From positions 32,001 through 96,000 of IMG/VR virus record IMGVR_UViG_3300014590_000001: DNA of 64,000 bases; one strand, 5' to 3'. Positions 39,033-49,618 of the stretch are shown here, piece after piece. This DNA comes from a virus (Duplodnaviria > Caudoviricetes). A program made the position numbers and the translations under genes. The notes below the pieces were generated by a model that was given only the letters and a program-made list of their open reading frames with translations, was not told the origin of the DNA and did no database searches. How positions within the stretch are numbered: position 1 is the first letter of the stretch; every line of letters begins with the position of its first letter.

Positions 39033-39778
39033 AAGGCTTTTTGAAAAACAACATTGAATTTCGCAGATACACTGCGGAACGATATGCAGATTTTTATAAA
39101 GCTAAGGCATTCATGCTTTCGGAAATTCTTGAAACCAATCGGCACCAATTCACGGCACAGGCGAGAGAAACTTTGTTGCAATATTTCTCGTCTGCGACCG
39201 ATTGGCTTCAAGAAGTGGAGAAGTGCTTTATCCGTAGTGGACATGGCGCTTCTCCCACGGACGAAGATGGAAAGCAGATCATCGAAAGTTTTATCGGCAT
39301 GGAAACATTCGTGCATGAACTCATGCAGGATAATCCTGAAGATTTCGATACGCGCTTTAGTAGCGCTTGGATTGAAATGCGCAAAGCCTGTCTAGCAGGA
39401 ATTGTTAACGCGTTCTCACTCCGCCTTAGTCCAAACAAAGAAGAAGCGTTCAGACTCATAACCGATTTTGTTATTGGTTATATGAGTCACACAATGTTTA
39501 ATCTGCACGAAATTGATTATCTCATTGTGGAACGTGAAAGACCGTTTGTGTATGTGGACAAACTTGATCTCACTGCGATGGAGATTGACCAAATCACAAA
39601 CCCAATTACTCGTTGGGAAACTTACAAGAAACATGGACTACTTGCATATTTCCCACAAGTAAAAATGCGAGCAAAGTATATGCTCGATGATAAATACGTT
39701 ACCTCGTATTCTATGCGCAAGGATGCGTATGAAAAGTTACGTTGTTCATTAGAACAATGTGATTCGCAATTTTATTAA
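39029..39778 (+). CDS. Hypothetical protein
   Basis: 249 aa ORF with an ATGA overlap. Confidence 0.7.
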   Translation: MKGFLKNNIEFRRYTAERYADFYKAKAFMLSEILETNRHQFTAQARETLLQYFSSATDWLQEVEKCFIRSGHGASPTDEDGKQIIESFIGMETFVHELMQDNPEDFDTRFSSAWIEMRKACLAGIVNAFSLRLSPNKEEAFRLITDFVIGYMSHTMFNLHEIDYLIVERERPFVYVDKLDLTAMEIDQITNPITRWETYKKHGLLAYFPQVKMRAKYMLDDKYVTSYSMRKDAYEKLRCSLEQCDSQFY

Positions 39779-39793
39779 TATCGGAGAAGAAGA

Positions 39794-41962
39794 ATGAAAT
39801 TTGGTAACATTACCCTGATGGCTGGCGCTCAGATTAAAAACCTGCGTGGTGAAAAACTTGCAGCCGATCCAGCACTTGAAACATTAGTGGCTGCACAGGA
39901 AGCAATGTTGTGGTACAACACAACTGAAAAAGTTTATAAGTTCTTCAACGGAACAGCGATTGTTTCTCTCGGCGGCGGTAGCGGTGGCGATGTTGATCTG
40001 TCAGGTCTGGTAAAAGCAGACGGCTCCGTTGCTATGACTGGCGCACTGGAACTTTCCTCTGCGGATCAGAGTGGCGCAGATGCGAAAGCTGCGGTAAGTA
40101 AAGGTCACGTTGACTCTCTGCTGGCAAACAAACTTTCTGTTTCTGGCGGCGCACTGACTGCGGATCTTTCTGCTGGCAACTTCGGCATTTCCAATCTTGC
40201 CGCTCCAGTAAATCCAACGGATGCCGCTCGTAAGATTGATATCGAAAATGCGCTGTCCGGTATGAACTGGAAAGAAGATATCGACGCGCTGCAAACTGAC
40301 GCGGTTCTGCAACCTCAGAAAATTGACGGCAAGCGTTACGTTCTGACTGACGTAGAAAATCTTCACGCAGACTTCGGCACAATCGAAGGTGTTGCAGATA
40401 ACGCAATCGTTCAGTACGTAACTGATAAATTCGTTGTTGTATTTGCTCCGACTGAAGATCGCGCTGAAGGTGCAATCGCGTGGAACTCTGCAACCAATCA
40501 GTATGTTCGTTTTGATGGTACTGCGTGGTCTACTTTTGGCGGTATGGCAAGCGTTACTGCTGGCGCAGGTCTGTCTCAGAGCGGAAACGAAATCTCCGTT
40601 GATCTGGACGAGGCTGGCGGTCTTGGTCTTGATGCTGAAGGTATCACTCTGAAACTCGACGGCGCAACTCTGGCACTTTCTGCTTCTGGTGTGAAAGTTG
40701 CTGACAGTGCTATCGGTTACAATCAGATTGATGCTGCTTTACTCGGCACCGGCCTGAAACGTAACGTCACAACTTCTAAAATTGAAGTTGATGAAACTGC
40801 TATTACTGGTTTCGGTTTCATCGGCGCTGCTGGCGGTTCCGTTGAAGCACTGGAAATCACTGGCGAAATGGGCGAACAAGACGGCGCAGTTGCAACGCGT
40901 AAGTTTGTTGTTGACGCTACTGCTGGCGCATCGAAAGTTTACGTGATGGATAACAGCGAAGAAACTGAAGGTGCAACTACCTTTGATTTCCAACACAACG
41001 CTGGAATTCGTTTCGGTACAGTTATCGTTTATAACGAAGCTGGCGAACAGATCATGCCGGACTCCATTAAGCTGATCGACAATAACAATCTGCAAGTTGT
41101 CGTTGCTGAAGCAATGAAACCGTTTATTGTTTTCATTGCTGGTGAAAACCAATACGTAAAGCCTGAAGCTCCAGTTGAGCCATATTCAATTCTGATGGCG
41201 AACGGATCTGCTTCTCGTTGGGAAAGTCAGTATAGCACCTACGCTATCTTACAGGCACAAGATGTTAGCACCGTTAAGAATGTTGTGTGGACTCGCGATA
41301 TTCCGAACATGCCTTACATGCAAAACATCATGGGCAGCGCTAACGGTCTGGTTACTCGCATTTACAACTCTGGTGCGACTACCTTCCCTGTTATCGGTAC
41401 TGTCACTGCAACGATCACCAAACAGGATGATACTGTTGTTGTGGTTACTGCTGACGTCAACATTACCGAAATGCCGACTCAGCTTTATCTCGGTGTTAAA
41501 CAGGCTGCGTCTGATACTACTGCTGCGGGTTCTTCTACTAACATTATGTCTGGTCAGAGTATCGGTATCAGTTTGACTGATAACCTGTCCAACATTCTTC
41601 GCGGTCATGACGGTGCAGGCGCAACGAATATGGCGCTTAAATCCGGCGAGAAAATCACAAACGTTACGTGGGGCGTTGTTCCGAACATTAAGAATGCGGC
41701 TGGTTATACCGGTTCCGATATTCAGATTGTTCGCGGTACTAACCCGTTCCGCATTAACATTGTTGCGCCAACCATTGCAGATGCTTCTATCAGTAACGGT
41801 TCCAGCATGAAGTTTGTTGTGTATGCAACGGTGGAAACCGATCAGGGTCGTAAACTTCTGACTAACGTTGAATTCGATTTCCTGAAATCAACTTCAGGCG
41901 TAACTACCAAAGCGGCCTATGCTTATACTCAGGCTCAACTGGATGCTGCGGTTCTGAACTAA
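39794..41962 (+). CDS. Long fibre ('hair'/whisker-like) structural protein
   Basis: WYNTTEK.YKFFNG, DGSVAMTGAL, ISNLAAPVNPTDAA and TAGAGL fibre repeats. Strong codon bias. Confidence 0.7.
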   Translation: MKFGNITLMAGAQIKNLRGEKLAADPALETLVAAQEAMLWYNTTEKVYKFFNGTAIVSLGGGSGGDVDLSGLVKADGSVAMTGALELSSADQSGADAKAAVSKGHVDSLLANKLSVSGGALTADLSAGNFGISNLAAPVNPTDAARKIDIENALSGMNWKEDIDALQTDAVLQPQKIDGKRYVLTDVENLHADFGTIEGVADNAIVQYVTDKFVVVFAPTEDRAEGAIAWNSATNQYVRFDGTAWSTFGGMASVTAGAGLSQSGNEISVDLDEAGGLGLDAEGITLKLDGATLALSASGVKVADSAIGYNQIDAALLGTGLKRNVTTSKIEVDETAITGFGFIGAAGGSVEALEITGEMGEQDGAVATRKFVVDATAGASKVYVMDNSEETEGATTFDFQHNAGIRFGTVIVYNEAGEQIMPDSIKLIDNNNLQVVVAEAMKPFIVFIAGENQYVKPEAPVEPYSILMANGSASRWESQYSTYAILQAQDVSTVKNVVWTRDIPNMPYMQNIMGSANGLVTRIYNSGATTFPVIGTVTATITKQDDTVVVVTADVNITEMPTQLYLGVKQAASDTTAAGSSTNIMSGQSIGISLTDNLSNILRGHDGAGATNMALKSGEKITNVTWGVVPNIKNAAGYTGSDIQIVRGTNPFRINIVAPTIADASISNGSSMKFVVYATVETDQGRKLLTNVEFDFLKSTSGVTTKAAYAYTQAQLDAAVLN

Positions 41963-41976
41963 TCAGTAATTTAATT

Positions 41977-42006
41977 GGGAGGGCTTCGGCCTTCCCTTTT
42001 ATTTTT
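41977..42006 (+). terminator. Rho-independent terminator with a UUCG loop
   Basis: GGGAGGGC-TTCG-GCCTTCCC followed by TTTTATTTTT. Confidence 0.88.
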
Positions 42007-42116
42007 CTAGGAGAAATTTATAAAATTTGTATCTTGACGCAAATTCGTACCAATAGTCCACAACTGCGCAAGATAAAAACGTATGACAATTTAATTCTTA
42101 GCGTGTAGGAGTTACG

Positions 42117-43178
42117 ATGAAATTTTGTAGCGTCGGTACAGTTAAAACACTTCGGGAAGAGGAAGATTCTTCGGCACTTCAGTATCTGTTTGATGCCGGT
42201 TCACCGAAACCTACGGATCTTGAGTCCATGTTAAGTATTCTTCCGGATGCGAGATCAATTGTATATGACAAAGAGGGAGACAGTTTAAAATGCTCTCCGT
42301 TGGCCGGTCTGCTCGATAGTAAATATTATCTGACTTATGTGAATATACCTTTGTTCGGAATTGAACTACAGAGCACGGCAGGTTTTCCTACAGTAAACAA
42401 GACTCCGTTGGACGTGTTCAAAATGTTCTGTTCCACATTTAGCAATTGGGAAGCGGCAAGTTCCATGCTAACTACCACTAAGAAGAGTGTTTTAAAACGC
42501 GGAACTTTTGGTTATGGGAAAATAATCTCAAACTCCCCATATCGCTACACGTATTTAGATTCTTCGCTTAGAACTCAAATGCTTTTGATTCCAACAAAAA
42601 TTGCTGATGCTCGTAAGAGTGCCACACATAAAATAAGTTTGAGTGCTGCGCAAGCATTTAATGGAACGGAAAGCTATACGAACTATTATGGTAGGTGGGT
42701 ATACACTAAAACTAGAACGTCGTATCTAGCGCAGGTACGAGTCTCGATGAATGGAAATTTTGGTGTGCTGTCCAGTCGCATTTATGCAGCAACTGCTGGA
42801 AGTAATGATATTCCTGTTACACTTGGAACTCAGTCGGGTATAAATTTAAATAGCCCGATGTACGAAGAAACCTATTACAACGTTAACTCAGAAAAAATAA
42901 CTGACTGGTCTTATTTCCAACCTGAATATCAAAACAATACCGCACTTACTACGATGGAAAGTTTATTGCCTAGTGTTGATACCGTAGGCATAGATGAAAC
43001 TATTGATCTTTCTTTTGGTGTTACTGTACTGCGACGGCAAAACGAATTTGTATGCCGCATAAGTGATTTCACAAATGATTTGGTTCAAACCGGATCGAAA
43101 GTACCAAACACTTTGCCCACTGTCTCTTTGGCTAAGGCGTGGCCTGTACAGCAAATTTCTCCGGTGATAAGTCTTTAG
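42117..43178 (+). CDS. Fibre-array protein, MKFCSVG paralogue A
   Basis: Shares N- and C-termini with the 43187 protein. Confidence 0.7.
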   Translation: MKFCSVGTVKTLREEEDSSALQYLFDAGSPKPTDLESMLSILPDARSIVYDKEGDSLKCSPLAGLLDSKYYLTYVNIPLFGIELQSTAGFPTVNKTPLDVFKMFCSTFSNWEAASSMLTTTKKSVLKRGTFGYGKIISNSPYRYTYLDSSLRTQMLLIPTKIADARKSATHKISLSAAQAFNGTESYTNYYGRWVYTKTRTSYLAQVRVSMNGNFGVLSSRIYAATAGSNDIPVTLGTQSGINLNSPMYEETYYNVNSEKITDWSYFQPEYQNNTALTTMESLLPSVDTVGIDETIDLSFGVTVLRRQNEFVCRISDFTNDLVQTGSKVPNTLPTVSLAKAWPVQQISPVISL

Positions 43179-43186
43179 GAGGTACG

Positions 43187-44275
43187 ATGAAGTTTTGTAG
43201 TGTTGGTGCTGTAAAATATAAAACAGAGAGGCAAGGCTGCGACGCTCTACAGTATTTATTTGATTCAACCACAGCCAAACCGACGGACGTTAATTCGTTT
43301 TTGAATATTGTTTCTGATGCTCGTTCCATTAGTTATGAAGCTGATGAAAATGGAAATTTAAAATGCTCTCCACTCGCAGGATACAAAGATAACAAACTTT
43401 ATCTGACCAACGTAACAGTTGCGTCATATAGCATGGATCTTAACTCTCAAGTTCCTGGACTTTTAAGTACAACGAAATCGAACTTGGATGCGTTTTATGT
43501 ATTTTGTTGTGTGTACTCGAAACAATTAACGTCTGAAGATTCAATACAAAGTGGCAACCGCTCAGTGTTGCGTGATGGCGTTACTAAATATTCTAAATGC
43601 GATGCAGCTTCTCCTTTACGATATTCAACTAAGGCAGGTGCTCTTGGGTATAGAATGGTTTTGTACCCAAATAAGTTGAATGGAAAGGCAGCAAATCTGT
43701 CAGCGTACTCAGATTACAATTTATCAGAAGCTCAAACATTAACGTATTCGAACACAACGTACTACACAAACATATTCACTCAATATTCTAGAACAACTAG
43801 ATATGCAACTTATTTGGGCAACGTTCGTTATTCTTTCGGAAGTTCAACAACTAGCCTGTACGGTAGTTATCTTTCTGTAGGCTCAACCCTCCCCGTTAAT
43901 GCTAACTCTATTGCATGGTCTAGTAACAGTATGCCTGGCATTCAATTTTTCAGACCAACGCGGTACTATTACTATTACGATTCTATAAGAAGTGGAGCAA
44001 CTAGTTATTATATTGACGGAGCCTATATAGGCAATACAGTCACTACAACGGAAACCAGTGAACTTCCGTATCTGTCTTTGGCGGGAACGGATGAAACTGT
44101 TGAACTTGGTTTCAGCGCGGTCGGTTATCGTGATATAGAAAAGAATAATATTGTTATTCGTGATTTCGGAACCGATTTAATTCAGACCGGATCAAAAGAT
44201 CCAAACACACTTCCTACAGTGCAATTGGCGAATGCAATTAACTATGCGGTCTTAACTCCGGTTCTCAATTTATAA
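43187..44275 (+). CDS. Fibre-array protein, MKFCSVG paralogue B
   Basis: SD AGGAGG and ATG at 43187. Shares ALQYLFD, LKCSPLAG and DL.QTGSK.PNTLPTV with paralogue A. Confidence 0.7.
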   Translation: MKFCSVGAVKYKTERQGCDALQYLFDSTTAKPTDVNSFLNIVSDARSISYEADENGNLKCSPLAGYKDNKLYLTNVTVASYSMDLNSQVPGLLSTTKSNLDAFYVFCCVYSKQLTSEDSIQSGNRSVLRDGVTKYSKCDAASPLRYSTKAGALGYRMVLYPNKLNGKAANLSAYSDYNLSEAQTLTYSNTTYYTNIFTQYSRTTRYATYLGNVRYSFGSSTTSLYGSYLSVGSTLPVNANSIAWSSNSMPGIQFFRPTRYYYYYDSIRSGATSYYIDGAYIGNTVTTTETSELPYLSLAGTDETVELGFSAVGYRDIEKNNIVIRDFGTDLIQTGSKDPNTLPTVQLANAINYAVLTPVLNL

Positions 44276-44286
44276 GGAGAGACAAC

Positions 44287-44373
44287 ATGAGATTCTGTAG
44301 CGTGGGTGCAAAAAAGATAAATAGAGAAAGTGAAGCATTAGATTCCACAAGTATTACTTCAGACGAGTGCTAA
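44287..44373 (+). pseudogene. Truncated third MKFCSVG paralogue (MRFCSVGAKKINRE...)
   Basis: Strong SD AAGGAGAG and the same N-terminus, but a stop after 28 codons. Confidence 0.65.
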
Positions 44374-44457
44374 GAAAGATTTAGTCGCAATATTTGAACT
44401 TTAAAATTCCGCATATGCCTGTTCAGAATAATTTGTACAGAGCAAAGGAGAATAATC

Positions 44458-44955
44458 GTGGAAATAATTCGTATCCCCTTATATGTGTCAAACGTGCCTG
44501 TTCCAGACGAAGGGCAACGCGATCCAAACGAACCGCCTGTTAAGTACGGTCTTGAAAATATTCTTAACTCGTGTGCGTTCGCCAAACTTCCCGATCCTGA
44601 AAATATTGTTGTTACAGAGGGAACTGCGCTGGCTGCAATCGGTGCAACTGCTTCACTGGCAATGACAGTTATCGCAAACACGTATCCTATTACTTGGATG
44701 AATACACGCAGCAACAAACTCAAGTTTCGTGTAAAAACAACTCTCCAGTGTGCGTGGGCGCAGAATTTAGATAACCTTCTGTCAACATACAACTGCATCG
44801 TAATCAACACCAATATTGCATCAACTCCTTACGGTGGTTTTCTGGTTCTGACTATCGGTAAAGAAGGAAGCAATGCGGATCTTATTTTGAGTGAAGCGAA
44901 TTTACGTGGTGGTAAATTCTTCGCGACAATCAATCGTGTTTCAGAGGAATTCTAA
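44458..44955 (+). CDS. Fibre-array core protein
   Basis: GTG start with SD AAGGAG. C-terminal TIGKEGSNADLIL motif is shared across the array. Confidence 0.65.
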   Translation: MEIIRIPLYVSNVPVPDEGQRDPNEPPVKYGLENILNSCAFAKLPDPENIVVTEGTALAAIGATASLAMTVIANTYPITWMNTRSNKLKFRVKTTLQCAWAQNLDNLLSTYNCIVINTNIASTPYGGFLVLTIGKEGSNADLILSEANLRGGKFFATINRVSEEF

Positions 44956-47168
44956 TGAGACTTTTAGGAAGCAATCTTTTACCGTTTAGCGTGGCGCAAC
45001 TTCCCGCAACATGGAATACAGGAATTGAAGTCGAAGCGTATTTCTTCGAAGGCAATATTCCTGACGATCTTTCGCAATACTTTTTAGATCAACGCAAACT
45101 GATTGCCGATAGTGTTGCTGTTTCGCGAATTGTTCTTCAGCCCACATCCGACGGTCTAATGTTCCATCAAGCATATTCCCACGGCGTTAAAGCCGTTGCG
45201 GGCAGTGTATATGATCCGAAACTTGGCGTAACGATTCACTATCCGAAAAATATTATTCCGCGTCGTACTACGGCAAGCTCAAGCGCGATGGATATTGATG
45301 CAGCCTACGCGGTTGACCTGATGACCGGAAATAAAAAACTGAAACAGCATTTGTCGCTGTCATTATTTCCTGGGTTTCCAATCAACGCCGTGCGTACACT
45401 GACAGATTTCGTCGGCAACACTAACGGTCAGATTGCTACGGTTTGCGATTTAGTTTTTGATCGTTTGATTACCTTCGACGCTGCTCTGTCTGACACTCCA
45501 GATAAAAGCGTTGCAGGTGCATTAAATATTATTGCACAATCAAGCACGGCAGGTTCAACTACAATCGGAACTAACTCGGCACTAACTGTTCCAATTAACG
45601 TAGCAACCAACGCAGCAACTACTCCGATCACAACCGATATTCTTCGCATTGGTGGAACCGCAAACGCTCGTCGAACATTGCCTGTAAGTATTGGAGATAA
45701 AAGCACAGCACCAGTAACGAAAAATATTGGTCATGCGATTCTGGTTATTCCTGATAGCAACAACGGTGCGCTTGCAGTAGGCAACTACGATATTCGATTG
45801 ATGGCAACGAAAGTTGGTGTGAAAGGTAGCGGAGAATTAATTGAAGTTGAATCGCTTTCTGTTTCTTCTGGTGAGTTTGTTGAAGTGATTCAAGTTCGTA
45901 CCGCAACCACAACATATATTCCTGATGGCAGTGCGCTGGATTGGATTGATCCTAATGCAACGTTTGCACTTGATGCTTCTCGCTTCTCTTCTGTTCCTGT
46001 TACGGATTATCTCGGCGTTCCGTTTACGAATTCTGGATGGGTGGCTAATCCGGATGGCAGTATTACAAGTGTCTTGAATAGTGCAATAACAATTCCTGCC
46101 GCTAACTTTACGCTGGACATTACGAAAGCATTCTATATTGAGTTTGACTATAAACAGGATGATATTTCTACACACGCTGAAATGAATATGCTTCAGATTC
46201 ATACCAGCTACACTGATAGATTCATTCTGTCTTTTGATCGCAGCAATGAAACTGGTTTCTGTATTTGGAACAACCAGCAAGGCACAGTAATCTCACGCGG
46301 CTGGGCTAACTACAGCAAACTTCTTTCAAAAGAATTTGTGAAGTTTCGATATGAATACAATGGAAATTCTGTTCATAGCGTTTATATTGATGATGTTCTT
46401 GTCGATCAATTCACTCATTCCAATAAGGCTTGCTCTATTCCTAACGCTCAAATCAGAGGGCCATATGGAAGCGATGCTTATCCGAAAGCAACCATTCGTA
46501 ACTATCAAATGGTGCAAGGAAAAAAGTCTAATCCTGGAGTTACTATTGACAGTTCTGGCATATACACGCTCCAGAATGTTTCTACAGGCGAATCAAACAA
46601 TGTGTATGTTGAGAAAGTTGGCGCAGAAGAGTATATGCTTATCGCTAACTGGACAAGTTCAGGAACGGCAGACAGAAGTTGGCGTGACATGACGCAGAAG
46701 GGATTTAACTTTGTTCCTTACAACGAATTGAACGATCCGGAACGTCCTGCTTGGCCTACTCCCGTATTAAACAATTCTGATAAGTGGATGTTTACTTCAG
46801 ATTGCGCAGGTTGGGTTTCTCGTTACGGCGCATATTTGATTGCCAACACTTTCGATAGCAGTAAAACTCAAATTGCAGTTGGCGAAGCAATTCCAGTTAA
46901 CACTCCGCTCGGAAATAAAAATATTTATTCCGGAAGTTCTGCTTGGTCACAAGTTACCGCAATGACAGATCCTATTCGCTTGTGGACACATCCAGATAAT
47001 TCTGGCCCTTGCGGTGGTGCTGGTATTATTGGTACAGACAAAATCTGCCCAATCATTTCTGCCTCATGGGGTCAGGTTGCTTCAAGCTGGCACACAGATC
47101 AAACAGGCACTAAACGAATGTATCTGAAGCTGGACTACACAACATTTAAAGTAACAGCGAAAAAATAA
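44955..47168 (+). CDS. Fibre-array protein with LamG/ConA-like and fibrinogen-C-like domains
   Basis: FYIEFDYK..SVYIDDVLV..IRNYQM and SGIYTL......VYV.......MLIANW. Confidence 0.6.
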   Translation: MRLLGSNLLPFSVAQLPATWNTGIEVEAYFFEGNIPDDLSQYFLDQRKLIADSVAVSRIVLQPTSDGLMFHQAYSHGVKAVAGSVYDPKLGVTIHYPKNIIPRRTTASSSAMDIDAAYAVDLMTGNKKLKQHLSLSLFPGFPINAVRTLTDFVGNTNGQIATVCDLVFDRLITFDAALSDTPDKSVAGALNIIAQSSTAGSTTIGTNSALTVPINVATNAATTPITTDILRIGGTANARRTLPVSIGDKSTAPVTKNIGHAILVIPDSNNGALAVGNYDIRLMATKVGVKGSGELIEVESLSVSSGEFVEVIQVRTATTTYIPDGSALDWIDPNATFALDASRFSSVPVTDYLGVPFTNSGWVANPDGSITSVLNSAITIPAANFTLDITKAFYIEFDYKQDDISTHAEMNMLQIHTSYTDRFILSFDRSNETGFCIWNNQQGTVISRGWANYSKLLSKEFVKFRYEYNGNSVHSVYIDDVLVDQFTHSNKACSIPNAQIRGPYGSDAYPKATIRNYQMVQGKKSNPGVTIDSSGIYTLQNVSTGESNNVYVEKVGAEEYMLIANWTSSGTADRSWRDMTQKGFNFVPYNELNDPERPAWPTPVLNNSDKWMFTSDCAGWVSRYGAYLIANTFDSSKTQIAVGEAIPVNTPLGNKNIYSGSSAWSQVTAMTDPIRLWTHPDNSGPCGGAGIIGTDKICPIISASWGQVASSWHTDQTGTKRMYLKLDYTTFKVTAKK

Positions 47169-47180
47169 AGTGAGGACAAC

Positions 47181-48200
47181 GTGGAATACAAACTCTATGA
47201 CGCGAGTTTCGTTCCTCAGCTTTCCCGTATTTTAGGATCAGCGAGCGACGATAAGGCGGCCTACGTTATTTCTCTGGCAGAAGGAAAAACAGAGCAAGAT
47301 CTTTTAGCTTGTCTCAACACAAGACCTTCAGGCTCAGGTTATTATTTTGATACCTCGCGTCTTACAAGTGATCTCGGCGTGTTGCTTGGAACCGGAAATG
47401 ATTGTGTTCGAAATTTGGTACATGACATTTTAAGTTTCTCGAAATGCAATATCACTTGTAGAGCAGCGGGTACTCCTACTCACGTTATTTTGGGCGGTAT
47501 TGCTCCTTTCGTTTTTGAAATTGGAAAGGACGTGAAACTTCTCAGCGTGACGACCGGAACAAGCGTTGACGTTACAGGTATCGGAAGCGTTGTAAGTGTT
47601 GCGGCATTCAAATTGAAATTCACTGCAATGGATTTTGTTAAGTTCACCCAGCTTGATATCGGCGCTATTTGGTATCGGCAGAGCTACGGTGAAGCGCGTT
47701 GGCTTGCCTTTAACGACTATGCAGTTCAGCTTGTTAGACAAATAGGTACGAAAGATTTTCAAATTGATTTTTCATGTGCCGATGCTGACAGTGGAGTCCG
47801 CACAGGGCTGTTGTGTTTGACGAGCGAGTTAGGATCAAACGCAGTCGCAGTGGATGGACTTTCTGTTCGATATGCTTCGACTGGTATGTATACCTCTAGG
47901 TTCTACTTAGAACGCGCAGGAACAACCACGTCTGAAATATTCATGACGGCTCCTGGCCGATTTGGATCTGTTCCAATTACAATAAAACGAATCAACGGTA
48001 TTACAAAAATTTATGCCAACAACGTAGAACTTCCATTGTATGCCTATAGCGATACTTCTCTTACAACTCCAGTGCAGTACAGTTTGGCGTATGATCTAAG
48101 TAATGCGGTTGTGTGCAGAATGGGGAAATTCGAAGCACCTGCGGGTGAGAGTAATTCGAATGGAAGAATTTTCAACATGACTGTCAAACAACTATTCTAA
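47181..48200 (+). CDS. Fibre-array protein with a LamG-like C-terminus
   Basis: IGTKDFQIDF and IKRINGITKIYANNV motifs. Confidence 0.6.
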   Translation: MEYKLYDASFVPQLSRILGSASDDKAAYVISLAEGKTEQDLLACLNTRPSGSGYYFDTSRLTSDLGVLLGTGNDCVRNLVHDILSFSKCNITCRAAGTPTHVILGGIAPFVFEIGKDVKLLSVTTGTSVDVTGIGSVVSVAAFKLKFTAMDFVKFTQLDIGAIWYRQSYGEARWLAFNDYAVQLVRQIGTKDFQIDFSCADADSGVRTGLLCLTSELGSNAVAVDGLSVRYASTGMYTSRFYLERAGTTTSEIFMTAPGRFGSVPITIKRINGITKIYANNVELPLYAYSDTSLTTPVQYSLAYDLSNAVVCRMGKFEAPAGESNSNGRIFNMTVKQLF

Positions 48201-48215
48201 TGCAGGGAGAAAAAT

Positions 48216-48692
48216 ATGATTGTAGATATTCCTGCGTATGATAGCGCATACTTTATCAAGAATGGTTTGGTGTGGGGAACGTTCAAAGGAAAGATCAAAC
48301 AAATCTATCCGAACTATATCACGCTGAACTATCTTATTCTGCGTAAGTTGATCGTTCGCAAAACTTTTAAAGTGTACCCTCCGGATGTTTTCAGCACGTT
48401 CCTTATGCCTAGCATGAAACTTCGTGCGAAGACCGGAAAGATTTATCCAGACAATGCAGTGTACTCAAAAACATTGTGGCAGAAAGTTTTCAGTATGGCT
48501 GCTTCAAATACTGCCAGCACGGAAGCTACTGGATTGGATGGAACCTATAAAAGCATAACCCCATTTGCTCCACAAGCAGATTCGATTCAATACGTGGCTC
48601 AAGATAATCCGATTGTTGATATTCTCGTAACACAAATAAGTTTGAAGGAACCGGATTATAACTTTGTGCCAGTTGGAGGACACATCGGATAA
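48216..48692 (+). CDS. Hypothetical virion protein
   Basis: 158 aa ORF with SD AGGGAG. Confidence 0.6.
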   Translation: MIVDIPAYDSAYFIKNGLVWGTFKGKIKQIYPNYITLNYLILRKLIVRKTFKVYPPDVFSTFLMPSMKLRAKTGKIYPDNAVYSKTLWQKVFSMAASNTASTEATGLDGTYKSITPFAPQADSIQYVAQDNPIVDILVTQISLKEPDYNFVPVGGHIG

Positions 48693-49618
48693 TGAAAATC
48701 ATCGACACACATATTCGCGCTCAAAGTATGTTTGGGTTGCGAAACAATACGTGGGTAGGATCTGAAACTGCACAGTCGCGCCATCCATTTACGGGCGCGG
48801 CGTGGACGGCATTTATTATGCCTGGAGATCTTCCGGCAGATGAAAGTGCTATCGCGCAAATTTTCAAACAAGATTCTCTCGCAGATCTCTACAACAAAAG
48901 TATTGGTGTTGCGCGAGGATTAGCCTCCTTTATTGTGAAAACAAACGTTGTTCAATTTGTTCCACAAGCTAATTTCTTTTACAAGGGCGTGAGTTTCTAT
49001 AAACGTCAATGGGGCGTGAATTATCGCGCTCTTATGCCGAACCGCATTACAGAAACCGCAACAAGCAAGCGCACGTTAACTCAGTTGCTCGCAGGTAACT
49101 GCTTGGCGGATGCAGATTTTCGTCCTGAAACAGTTGGCTTAGGATCGATTATTGTTGAGTTTGATAATCCGGTTCGTCTGACTCATATTCAACGCAACGG
49201 TCTTTCGTTTATTTATACCGTTAACGCAATTGACGATCAGGGCGTTGAAACTTCGTTAGGTACATGGTCGCCTATGTATGGCGATACGACAATGTACGTT
49301 GCATCGAATCCGCAAACCGCAAAACGTTTCCGCATTTTTGCTACCGGAACGTTCACAACGATGGGGCCAATTACGTTACTAACTGACGTAACTGATTACA
49401 CAGCGCCTCCGGCGTTAGGTAATTGGGTTGTTGTGGCACATACGAATACGCGTGTTTGCGGTGACTTTGAAAAGAGTCCGTTAATTCCTTACTTCGCGGA
49501 AGTTCTCGGACACGGAAACGACGCAACGCAAAAACCTTTCACGCTACGAGCGCTCGCCTCTGATGCAGAAAACATTTTGTATTGTCCGAAGATTCGTTTT
49601 AATAACAGGAGAATCTAA
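48692..49618 (+). CDS. Fibre-array protein with a discoidin (F5/8-C)-like insert
   Basis: IIVEFDNPVRLTHI...TAKRFRI. Confidence 0.55.
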   Translation: MKIIDTHIRAQSMFGLRNNTWVGSETAQSRHPFTGAAWTAFIMPGDLPADESAIAQIFKQDSLADLYNKSIGVARGLASFIVKTNVVQFVPQANFFYKGVSFYKRQWGVNYRALMPNRITETATSKRTLTQLLAGNCLADADFRPETVGLGSIIVEFDNPVRLTHIQRNGLSFIYTVNAIDDQGVETSLGTWSPMYGDTTMYVASNPQTAKRFRIFATGTFTTMGPITLLTDVTDYTAPPALGNWVVVAHTNTRVCGDFEKSPLIPYFAEVLGHGNDATQKPFTLRALASDAENILYCPKIRFNNRRI

